From an uncultured Candidatus Binatia bacterium (GTDB taxonomy: Bacteria > Desulfobacterota > Binatia > Bin18): a stretch of DNA of 64,000 nt. A program made the position numbers and the translations under genes. Numbering within the stretch: the stretch's first letter is position 1; every line of letters begins with the position of its first letter. The notes beneath the pieces were generated by a model. It was not told where the DNA came from. It did no database searches and was given only the letters and a program-made list of their open reading frames with translations. Below are positions 9,548 to 17,682 of the stretch, in pieces. Location of the stretch: the NCBI GenBank assembly GCA_965214605.1, contig OZ243961.1, positions 960,001 to 1,024,000 of the forward strand, read 5' to 3'.

Positions 9548-10630
9548 TTATTGTCTAAAATCCTGAATTGACTGGGCGGGCGTACCATCCTGGCGGGTAA
9601 TCGCTCGCGTCACCGAACGCGTCATGCTGCCAAAGGTCGGTATCCAGCACGAATGGCGGCCCGGACCACCAACAACGAGAATCATCAGGTGTTCCGGCCT
9701 GCGGATAAGGGGCAACGCCGCCTCGCCAGGGAACAGATCTTCCGGCACAAATCCCATACCGTACATCCCCCCGGCTTCCCACAGCTCGCGCGGCACCCGG
9801 GCGTGCTCAAAGACATAGACTCGAATATCGTCTTTATCAATGCCGTCCCGGGCCAAAATCTGGGCGTGCTCTGGTCCCAGGGCTAGAATCGGCTCGCCTA
9901 AGGCGTAGGCGTTGTTCGAGCCCATGCCGGCCATGGTACTGGCGATCGTCGTCAGGATGCCCGGCGCCGCACTACTAATGTGGTCGTTGATATTATGCGG
10001 GCCCTCAGCCCCGCACACCGTGACCGTACTGCAGTCCGTCCCAAAGCCGCGTTCGCGGTGCAGCGGGGTCCATGGATTTTCGGCTTCGTTCTCGGCAATG
10101 CAGTACGAGTATTTAGACGGCTGCCCCTGGGTCGAACGGTCTAGCAAGCCCGGTACCCCACCGCCGATATTCAGCAAGACGAGCCGGATAGCCCGGCCAA
10201 TCGTGGCGTTTGGACGCCAGCCCTGGCCAAAGGCGTTATAGCCGCCGTTGACGCCGAGTTCTTGAGCGATCGGACCGTTCAGGATCACCAGAGGCGCGCA
10301 CGGATGGGTCGTGCTCTGCACTCCGTAGAGGTTGAACGGACTCTCAAGTAGGGCTTCAAGCCCGGTCAGGACGACTGGAAAATACTCCGGGAGACAGCCG
10401 GCCAAGACCGCATTAATAGCCACTTTCTCAACTGTCGCAATACCGTATTTGGGCGGTACGGGCCCGAGTTCGTATTGTGGATCGCGATCGGTCCAGGCCA
10501 GCAATTTCTCAACCCGCTCAGCCGTCGGCGGAATAATCGGCAGACCGTCAGTCCACCCCTGATCGTAAAACCAGTCGTTGACGGCTTCGAGAGAATTGTC
10601 AAGGGAGATTTTCTCAGAATGGAGCGCCAT
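9548..10630 (-). CDS. conserved protein of unknown function, UGSC-selenoprotein partner
   Basis: GWTDGLPIIPPT, EKVAINAVLAGC, RPNATIGRA, AENE motifs; starts 3 nt after the UGSC stop. Confidence 0.8.
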   Translation of the reverse strand: MALHSEKISLDNSLEAVNDWFYDQGWTDGLPIIPPTAERVEKLLAWTDRDPQYELGPVPPKYGIATVEKVAINAVLAGCLPEYFPVVLTGLEALLESPFNLYGVQSTTHPCAPLVILNGPIAQELGVNGGYNAFGQGWRPNATIGRAIRLVLLNIGGGVPGLLDRSTQGQPSKYSYCIAENEAENPWTPLHRERGFGTDCSTVTVCGAEGPHNINDHISSAAPGILTTIASTMAGMGSNNAYALGEPILALGPEHAQILARDGIDKDDIRVYVFEHARVPRELWEAGGMYGMGFVPEDLFPGEAALPLIRRPEHLMILVVGGPGRHSCWIPTFGSMTRSVTRAITRQDGTPAQSIQDFRQ

Positions 10631-10633
10631 GTT

Positions 10634-11233
10634 TTACGCCGAGCGTCGTCCGAGCTGCTTTCCGATTGGCCTGAGGAAGCGGCCCCGATACTGCTCGACC
10701 AGTTTACCGGCCGGTTGGGTCAGAATTGCAATCACCTCCTCGGCCACAGCCGCCGCCTTGCGTTCGACTTCGTCGGGTTTATTGCCGGCCAGTGGGTGCG
10801 GAATCACCGCAATCGGAATATCGGCCATCCCCAAGGTCTGCGATTCCGCACGGCCTAAGGGCGCAAATTCGTCGCTGCAAATGACCGCTGTTGGCACCCC
10901 GCGTTTTTCTAACTCAATAGTGTCGTGGAGACCCCACGACGTGCACGAGCCTCAATCCCCAATAGCGACAATCACCGCATCACAGTGGGCGAGCCGGGTC
11001 AAGACCTCGTCCGGTGCTGGTAGAGACGCGTTTTTCTCGCCGCTGACACGGGAGAACGGTCCTAATCGGGTGCGTAAGAGCGCCTCGATTTTTTCGAGCA
11101 GCAAACCGGCATTGGCCTTACGATTGTTCAGAAATCCGATGGTTTTCTCTCTGAGATCCGCTGTCCGACGTGCCAGCGGAAGGTCCGTCGTCCGCGCCTC
11201 GGCTGTGGGATTGAGTACTTCCAGCTGTCCCAT
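10634..11233 (-). CDS. UGSC-family selenoprotein (199 aa, Sec94; U-G-S-C motif)
   Basis: ORFs 10952-11278 and 10634-10897 are in the same frame separated only by TGA 10952-10954; readthrough gives [33 protein letters not shown] RBS before ATG 11233; SECIS-like hairpin follows. Confidence 0.88.
10922..10940 (-). promoter_or_regulatory. bacterial SECIS element (candidate)
   Basis: mRNA GUCGUGG-GGUCU-CCACGAC: perfect 7-bp stem beginning 11 nt after the UGA. Confidence 0.8.
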
Positions 11234-11341
11234 ATCGGCCTCCTTGTCAGCTGATTGCTGACGGTCAGTGTAGAACACACCTCTTGCCGGTGCAACGCTT
11301 CAAGCGTTAGTGTGCGGGCGGTCAGCATGAGGAGTCTCCCA

Positions 11342-11947
11342 ATGCCCACGGTCATTATCCCCATCTATTACGACTTTGCGTCGTCCCTGTGTTATGTGGC
11401 CAAAAAGGTGATGGAGCAGCTCGACGGCCAGCTCGACATTGAACTGATGTGGAAAGGTGTACAGATCGCACGCCACCACGACGGCTGGAAGAATGGCGAA
11501 ATGCTCGGCGCTGAAGCCAGGGGCAAGATTGTTCGGGTTGCCCGTGAGACAGGGGTCACACTGCGGGTCCCGGACCGGTGGATCAATTCGGCCGCCGCCC
11601 TCGAAGGAGCGGAGTTTGCCAGGGCTCAGGGGAAGTTCGCCGCCTACCACCACAGCCTGTTCAGCGCGATATACGAGGCGGGCCGGGACATTGGCGATCG
11701 GGCAACCCTGCTCAAGTTGGTCGAAGATCTCGAACTGCCCGTCGCCGAATTTGAATACGCGCTGCAGGTCGGAACCTTTGCCCAACGCGTGAAAGAGACC
11801 GAAGCCGAGGCAAGCACCTTCGGCGTCGTCGGCTATCCAACTTTTATGCTTGGCGAGTTTCCTCTCATTGGCATTCAGCCGGCTGAGACAATGCGCATGA
11901 TGATTCAGCGCTATATCGATAAATCCCGTACCCAAGTGTCGCATTAA
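11342..11947 (+). CDS. DsbA/FrnE-family thioredoxin-fold protein
   Basis: [29 protein letters not shown]; GAGGAG RBS. Confidence 0.85.
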   Translation: MPTVIIPIYYDFASSLCYVAKKVMEQLDGQLDIELMWKGVQIARHHDGWKNGEMLGAEARGKIVRVARETGVTLRVPDRWINSAAALEGAEFARAQGKFAAYHHSLFSAIYEAGRDIGDRATLLKLVEDLELPVAEFEYALQVGTFAQRVKETEAEASTFGVVGYPTFMLGEFPLIGIQPAETMRMMIQRYIDKSRTQVSH

Positions 11948-11978
11948 CCCTCAGTGGGGCTCACGCAACTCCATCCGC

Positions 11979-12099
11979 CTAGGATCCTTCGGCCTTGATG
12001 ACCTCGGTCCCGAGATCGTCCGAGACTTGCCACCCAAGGGACCGGCTCAGAGACAGCTTAAGAACCCGAAAACCTTCCGGCGCCCGAACCCGTCGCCAT
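11979..12099 (-). pseudogene. eroded 5' fragment of a CaiB/BaiF CoA-transferase
   Basis: Across frameshifts reads MATGSG / APEGFRVLKLS / AGPLGGK / DDLGTEVIKAEG, matching PLEGIRVLDLS..AGP..ADLGAEVIKVE. Confidence 0.6.
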
Positions 12100-12147
12100 G
12101 TCCGGTCTTGCGCTGCTCTGGCTCTGCAAACACCAATCTCGGCCGGC

Positions 12148-13302
12148 TTAGGACAGTCCGTACACGCGGGCGACGTTGGCCCCCAAGAAATTGGTGCGGC
12201 TCTCCTCAGACATCGGAGCCACCAGTTCGGCCAAGGCTTTAATATAGTCACAGGTGTGATCATCATGTGGAAAGTCGCTGGCCCAGAAAAACTTCTCCGA
12301 GCCGATGTACTCCATCATATAGCGGACCGATTTTTCATCCGGATCGGCCGAAATCCAGCACTGGCGCTGGAAATAAAAGCTTGGCAGTTCTTTGAGCGGG
12401 ACACTCTTGCCCAGGGCGGTCTTATACGCGGCGTCCATCCGGTCGAGCAAATGGCCGATCCAGCTGGCCCCGGACTCAAGGACGACAATGTTAAGCCGAG
12501 GAAAGCGGTCAAACAGCCCGTACTGGAACAAACCTAAGAACGCCTGCTGAGGGCCCTGGGCACCCAGCAGATCGACCCACCATTCGCCCCATTTGTACAT
12601 CTCTCGGAAACGTTGATAGACCCGCCGGTTGGGTGGCTCGGCAACGGGATGAAGGCCGACCGGCACGCCCAAGTCTTGAGCGACTGCCCAAAACAGATCG
12701 TGATCAGGGTGAGCGTGGGCTTTATCGCTTATCGTGTACGGCGCCACAAAAGCGCCCTTGGCCCCGGCCTTGACGGCCCGCTCCAACTCCTGGGCTGCGG
12801 CCCGGCCATCGGGGAGCGTAATATGGGCGATCGGAATCAGGCGGCCGTCCGAGTCCGCACAAAAATCCACCACCCAGCGGTTGTAGGCCCGGCAATAGGC
12901 CAGGGCTAGCTCGGGATCGGTGATTTCGGTTTCCCACTCAAGCGAGAGCGTCGGGTAGATCAGGGCCTTCGCTAGATTTTCGCGGTTGAGCAACTCAAGC
13001 CGTTCTTGGGGCTTGTTGCCGCCAAACGGCACACTGTCAGCGTAGGGCGTGTGTTTGACCTGGTCGCGCTCCTGTGCGTCATGGCCCATGGAGCGCCCAC
13101 GGGCCAGAATTTCGGCGTCAAAGTAGCGCGACCGCTGGCCGTTCAGCTCCAGATGGTCGAGTCCATCCGGGCCGGGCCGAACCCGAATGGCGCGATCTAG
13201 GAACTGAGACTCAAGATAATTCTCCCACAGATCGGCCGGCTCGTTGATATGGCCGTCGGCATCAATAGCCCCGTCGTAGGGCAGAGACGAAGTACGAAAC
13301 AT
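12148..13302 (-). CDS. amidohydrolase-2 family metal-dependent hydrolase/decarboxylase
   Basis: IDADGH..EP, YNRW, LESGASW, WASDFPHDD. Confidence 0.9.
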   Translation of the reverse strand: MFRTSSLPYDGAIDADGHINEPADLWENYLESQFLDRAIRVRPGPDGLDHLELNGQRSRYFDAEILARGRSMGHDAQERDQVKHTPYADSVPFGGNKPQERLELLNRENLAKALIYPTLSLEWETEITDPELALAYCRAYNRWVVDFCADSDGRLIPIAHITLPDGRAAAQELERAVKAGAKGAFVAPYTISDKAHAHPDHDLFWAVAQDLGVPVGLHPVAEPPNRRVYQRFREMYKWGEWWVDLLGAQGPQQAFLGLFQYGLFDRFPRLNIVVLESGASWIGHLLDRMDAAYKTALGKSVPLKELPSFYFQRQCWISADPDEKSVRYMMEYIGSEKFFWASDFPHDDHTCDYIKALAELVAPMSEESRTNFLGANVARVYGLS

Positions 13303-13390
13303 GTCTGCACTCCTTAAGATTGGTGTCTGTCATTCTGGAGCGTTCATATTTTAAACGGTTAGAACGATCAAGTGAGGTTCAACGAAGCGC

Positions 13391-13404
13391 TCAAAGCGCT
13401 TTGA
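13391..13404. promoter_or_regulatory. perfect palindrome TCAAAGCGCTTTGA, candidate operator
   Basis: 14-bp dyad in a divergent intergenic region, ending 1 nt before a putative -35. Confidence 0.5.
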
Positions 13405-13405
13405 C

Positions 13406-13434
13406 TAGACACGTCTGATCAAGGGCCGTAGACT
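13406..13434 (+). promoter_or_regulatory. putative sigma70 promoter TAGACA-N17-TAGACT
   Basis: Near-consensus hexamers with 17-bp spacing, 44 nt upstream of GTG 13479. Confidence 0.5.
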
Positions 13435-13478
13435 ACGCCAGACAGCTGAGGCGACGACCGCGTCAGAGGGAGGCACAC

Positions 13479-14753
13479 GTGAAATTCGGGATTTTTTACG
13501 AACTGCAAACTCCAGAACCGTGGCGCGAAGGGGCGGAACAGCGGATATTCCGTGAAGCCCTTGAACAGGCCGAGGTGGCCGACCGGCTGGGGATCGAGTA
13601 TTTCTGGGAGGTCGAACATCACTTTCTTGAAGAATACTCGCACTCCAGTGCGCCTGAGGTCTTCCTGGCCGCGGTGAGCCAACGTACCAAGCGCATGCGT
13701 ATTGGTCACGGTATTGTTGCCCTGCTCCACGCCTATAATCCGCCCGCCCGGGTGGCCGAACGCATCGCCACGCTCGATTTGGTTAGCGACGGACGGCTGG
13801 AGTTCGGCACCGGGGAAACTAGCTCGGCCATGGAGTTGGACGGCTTCCATATTCCGCGGGCAGAAAAACGCGCCATGTGGGAAGAGTCGCTCGAAGCGAT
13901 TACCCGCATGTTTGTGGAGGTTCCGTTCGCCGGACATGTTGGCCAGTATCTGAACATGCCGGCCCGGAATGTCGTGCCCAAACCGGCTCAGAAACCCCAC
14001 CCGCCGCTGTGGGTGGCGTGTTCACGGCGCGACACTATCTTGACTGCGGCGCGTAAAGGCATCGGGGCCTTGACCTTTGCCTTTGTTAGCCCCCAAGAGG
14101 CGCAGCGGTGGGTCGATGATTATTATCGGACGCTGGCCGAGGAATGCGTTCCGGTCGGCTTCAGCGTGAACCCCCATATCGCCACTGTGGCCGGCTTTAT
14201 GTGTGACCGCAACGGCGACCGTGCCCGCCAAAAAGGCACGGAGGGCGCCCTGTTCTTCGCTTACTCGCTGGCCCATTACTACTATTTGAGCCACCACCAG
14301 CACCACCCCGGTCGGACAAATGTGTACGCGTTGTTTGAGAAAGAGAAACATCTGATGGGCCGAGCCCCTGAGTCGGTCGACCGAGCCGGCTTTACGCCGG
14401 GCAGCAATGTCGTTGATCCGGGAGGCTTGGCTAGTCTGACCGCAGCGATCGGCTCGCCCGATGAACTCCGCACAAAGCTGCGCACGTATGAAGCGGCTGG
14501 CGTTGATCAGATGATCCTGATCGCCCAGGCCGGGAAAAATCGTCACGAGGATATCTGTGAATCGCTAGAGCTGTTTGCCAAAGAAGTCATGCCTGAATTT
14601 GCCGACCGCGACGCCCAGCATCAGCAAGAAAAGGCGGCGCGTCTAGAGCCGATGATGGACCGTCTCACGCCCCTGTTGGCGACCAGGCTAGAGGAGGCGC
14701 GGACGCGGGCGACGAGTGTGAGCGAGACGGTATCGGCAAGCGGGATGCACTAA
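13479..14753 (+). CDS. LLM-class (luciferase-like) flavin-dependent oxidoreductase
   Basis: MKFGIFYE, WEVEHHF, PARVAERIATLD, PKPAQKPHPPLW. Confidence 0.92.
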   Translation: MKFGIFYELQTPEPWREGAEQRIFREALEQAEVADRLGIEYFWEVEHHFLEEYSHSSAPEVFLAAVSQRTKRMRIGHGIVALLHAYNPPARVAERIATLDLVSDGRLEFGTGETSSAMELDGFHIPRAEKRAMWEESLEAITRMFVEVPFAGHVGQYLNMPARNVVPKPAQKPHPPLWVACSRRDTILTAARKGIGALTFAFVSPQEAQRWVDDYYRTLAEECVPVGFSVNPHIATVAGFMCDRNGDRARQKGTEGALFFAYSLAHYYYLSHHQHHPGRTNVYALFEKEKHLMGRAPESVDRAGFTPGSNVVDPGGLASLTAAIGSPDELRTKLRTYEAAGVDQMILIAQAGKNRHEDICESLELFAKEVMPEFADRDAQHQQEKAARLEPMMDRLTPLLATRLEEARTRATSVSETVSASGMH

Positions 14754-14799
14754 GAGCCGCCGGCCATGCCAACCAGGAAGGGGGTCTCCGCTCATCGCT

Positions 14800-16695
14800 A
14801 TGCTTCTCTCTGGCATCTCGGTCCTGATCTTTATCGCCCTCCTGTGGTTCTTGGGCTGGTACGCCAAGCGCTGGGTTACGACCGACTCCGACTATCTGTT
14901 GGCCGGCCGCCAGGTGAGTATCATTCCCGGGGTGGCGGGCATCTGTGGGGTGGCCTTTGCCGGCAGTGTAACCAGCATCATTCCTGGTCTGACGATTCAG
15001 TACGGTTTTGTGGGCTGGATTTGGGGCGTCACCCTGCCAATGCTGATTGGCTACAGCTTATACGGGCTGTTGGCCAGCCCCTATATCCGCCGCAGCGGGG
15101 CCTATACCTTACCCGAGTGGCTGGAAGTCCGCTTTGACGCCCGCACCCGGCTGGCCGTCAGCATTGCCTCACTGATCGGCTTGACCGGGGTCGTGGCCAT
15201 GAACATTGTGGCTATGGCCCTCATTCTGGTCGGCTTTCTGGACGCCCCCCTGTGGCTGATGATCAGCCTGGTGTTGATCGGTCATTTGATCTTTATCATC
15301 TTAGGCGGTCTGTGGGCCTTAACGCTGACCGATGTGATCCAGGTATTACTGGGCTTTATCTTGGTTCCAGCGCTGGTCGGATATTGTGCCTGGACCTTTG
15401 GCGGCTGGAACAGCATTCAGACCACGTTTGTGACCGATACACCGCTGAGCCAGGGGATACACGGGGCATTTCCGGTGTTCCAGCTCAGCTATCCGAGCAT
15501 GCTGACGGTCTTTTTCGTCCTCGGCATGTTTATCCAGTGGGGCGGCAATTACTACTGGCTGCGGGCGGCTTCGGCCCGAACCGAAGCGGTGGCCTGTTAC
15601 CAATATCTGGTTGGCGGTGTCTTAGTGGCCGTGGTCGTGCACGCCGCCCTAGGCATCCTCGGTCTCTACGCCGGCAGTCTGTATCGTGAGGCATTCCTGG
15701 CCCAGGCGAATCCGATGAGCGCTTACGGCATGTTGCTCCGGGATTTTCCGCCCGGCGTGACCGTCGTGGGCCTGGTGACCGCCTTTGCTGCCACTATCTC
15801 GACGACCAGCAATGCCCACATGGGGATCACCGCGACGCTGGTGCGTGACATCTATCAGCGCTTCCTACGGCCCGAGGCGTCAATCGCTGACGTTTTGCGT
15901 ATGGGCCGTATCTTAACCGTATTGACCGGAGTGGCTATTTGGGCCCTCAGCTTTTATCCTGGCGGCCCGTACCTCCTCCTAGGAATCAGCTGCGCGTTGT
16001 TGGGACCGGCGGCTCTGATCTTCTTTTTTGGCCGGAGCTGGTCCGGCATGACTGCGGCCAGCGCATTTTGGACGGCTCTGCTGGGCATGATCAGCATGCT
16101 CGTCTACGAGGGTCTCCGCCTGCTCGGCCTCATCCCGTGGTCGGCACACACGGTGATTATCGGCACCGCGCTGATGCTGCCGCTCATCGTAGGCATTTCC
16201 CTCGCGCAACCTCAGACCGCGCAACGGTCCGCAGCGACCGGGTTGAACGATTCGCACCGGCGGATACTTGAGCTCTTGGGGCATGGCTACACCCAAATGG
16301 CCGAGATCAGCGACTTCTTGACCATGGACAGTAGCCGGGTCAATGACCTGGTCGAGGATCTGATGGCGCACGGACTGGTCCGACGTCGGGCGCTGCGAGG
16401 GCCGGATTTTTTTAGCCTGGACCTCACCCCTGAGGGGCGGCACGGGCCGGAGGCGGCCGACGAAGATCCGCTCGGGCTTGACGTCCTGGAACACACCCTG
16501 GGTCAGGCCAAAACGCTCTCCGAGCTAGGCCGAACGCTAGGCATCCGGGGCACAACCCTAGGGGCGGCCGTCAGTCGCTTAGAGCGACTCGGCTACGTAC
16601 AGACCCGTGGTATCTGGCAGCGACGGGTCTCCGCGTCCGACACGGGGAGGGCAGTATTGAGCACCTGCGGCCGCGGGCCGGCGGCCGCCGATTGA
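14800..16695 (+). CDS. sodium:solute symporter family transporter with two C-terminal winged-helix domains
   Basis: DYLLAGR, YTLPEWLEVRF, GGLWALTLTDVIQ, AATISTTS..ATLVRDIYQR (SSS motifs); C-terminal ~150 aa hydrophilic with two MarR-like wHTH repeats. Confidence 0.85.
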   Translation: MLLSGISVLIFIALLWFLGWYAKRWVTTDSDYLLAGRQVSIIPGVAGICGVAFAGSVTSIIPGLTIQYGFVGWIWGVTLPMLIGYSLYGLLASPYIRRSGAYTLPEWLEVRFDARTRLAVSIASLIGLTGVVAMNIVAMALILVGFLDAPLWLMISLVLIGHLIFIILGGLWALTLTDVIQVLLGFILVPALVGYCAWTFGGWNSIQTTFVTDTPLSQGIHGAFPVFQLSYPSMLTVFFVLGMFIQWGGNYYWLRAASARTEAVACYQYLVGGVLVAVVVHAALGILGLYAGSLYREAFLAQANPMSAYGMLLRDFPPGVTVVGLVTAFAATISTTSNAHMGITATLVRDIYQRFLRPEASIADVLRMGRILTVLTGVAIWALSFYPGGPYLLLGISCALLGPAALIFFFGRSWSGMTAASAFWTALLGMISMLVYEGLRLLGLIPWSAHTVIIGTALMLPLIVGISLAQPQTAQRSAATGLNDSHRRILELLGHGYTQMAEISDFLTMDSSRVNDLVEDLMAHGLVRRRALRGPDFFSLDLTPEGRHGPEAADEDPLGLDVLEHTLGQAKTLSELGRTLGIRGTTLGAAVSRLERLGYVQTRGIWQRRVSASDTGRAVLSTCGRGPAAAD

Positions 16696-16725
16696 CAACA
16701 ATCCACACGCAAAAAGGAGACCTCT

Positions 16726-17604
16726 ATGCAATACGGTTTACATCTCGCCAACGGCGTTTCCGTCACCGATCCAGCCGTCCTCAAAGATGTCTGTCAGTTG
16801 GCAGAAGAACTGGGGTATGAGTCGATCTTGATCGGAGACCATGTCTTGCCGCCACGCAAAATCAACTCCAAGTTTCCGCTGCCGGTCGAAGATCCCCAAA
16901 TCCACAGGTATCAGGACCAGCACTGGCCGGACTGCTTTGCCATGCTCGGCTTTATGGCTTCAATCACCTCCACCGTCCGGCTCGGGACCAGCGTCTTTAT
17001 CGTCCCCTATCGACATCCGGCGGTAACGGCAAAAATGGTCGCCACCCTCGATAAGCTCTCAAACGGACGCGTTATTGCCGGGATTGGTACCGGCTGGATC
17101 GAAGAGGAGTTCAATTTTTTGAACGTCCCGTTTGCCGAGCGGGGACGTATGACCGACGAATATATTGAGACCATGAAAGCCCTGTGGACAGACGCCCATC
17201 CGCGGATTGAGGGCAGGTTCGTCACCATTGACCGGGACGTCAACTTTGGCCCCTCCCCCGTTCATAAACCCCACCCGCCGATTTGGGTAGGCGGCAATAG
17301 CATGGCCGCCCTGCGGCGTGTCGTCCGCTGTGCCGATGGCTGGCAACCGGCCGGCCTGATGCCGGACGTTGTCGGCCAAAAACTCGACCAGCTACGGTCT
17401 TTGATGGCAGAAGCAGGTCGTGATTTTAGCCAACTCGAAATCACCTGCCTGGTCGGCACAGACGCAACCGAGGCCGTGGCCGATATCTTTGACACGCTGG
17501 GTACCGACGTCCTGTACGGTCTGGTTTCGGCAACCGATGAAGAAACCCCTCAGCTGTTTGCCGAAATCAAACGCTATGCAGAAACCATGTCACAACGGGG
17601 CTGA
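16726..17604 (+). CDS. LLM-class probable F420-dependent oxidoreductase (Rv2161c-like)
   Basis: GDHVLPP, LGTSVFIVPYRHP..AKMVATLD, GIGTGW, PPIWVGG. Confidence 0.88.
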   Translation: MQYGLHLANGVSVTDPAVLKDVCQLAEELGYESILIGDHVLPPRKINSKFPLPVEDPQIHRYQDQHWPDCFAMLGFMASITSTVRLGTSVFIVPYRHPAVTAKMVATLDKLSNGRVIAGIGTGWIEEEFNFLNVPFAERGRMTDEYIETMKALWTDAHPRIEGRFVTIDRDVNFGPSPVHKPHPPIWVGGNSMAALRRVVRCADGWQPAGLMPDVVGQKLDQLRSLMAEAGRDFSQLEITCLVGTDATEAVADIFDTLGTDVLYGLVSATDEETPQLFAEIKRYAETMSQRG

Positions 17605-17682
17605 AATGCAGGCACGTCAAAGGTCAAATGGCAAGAAGGAGAAGACGGCCAGTTGTGATCTTTGGCTTCACCCTTATGACCT

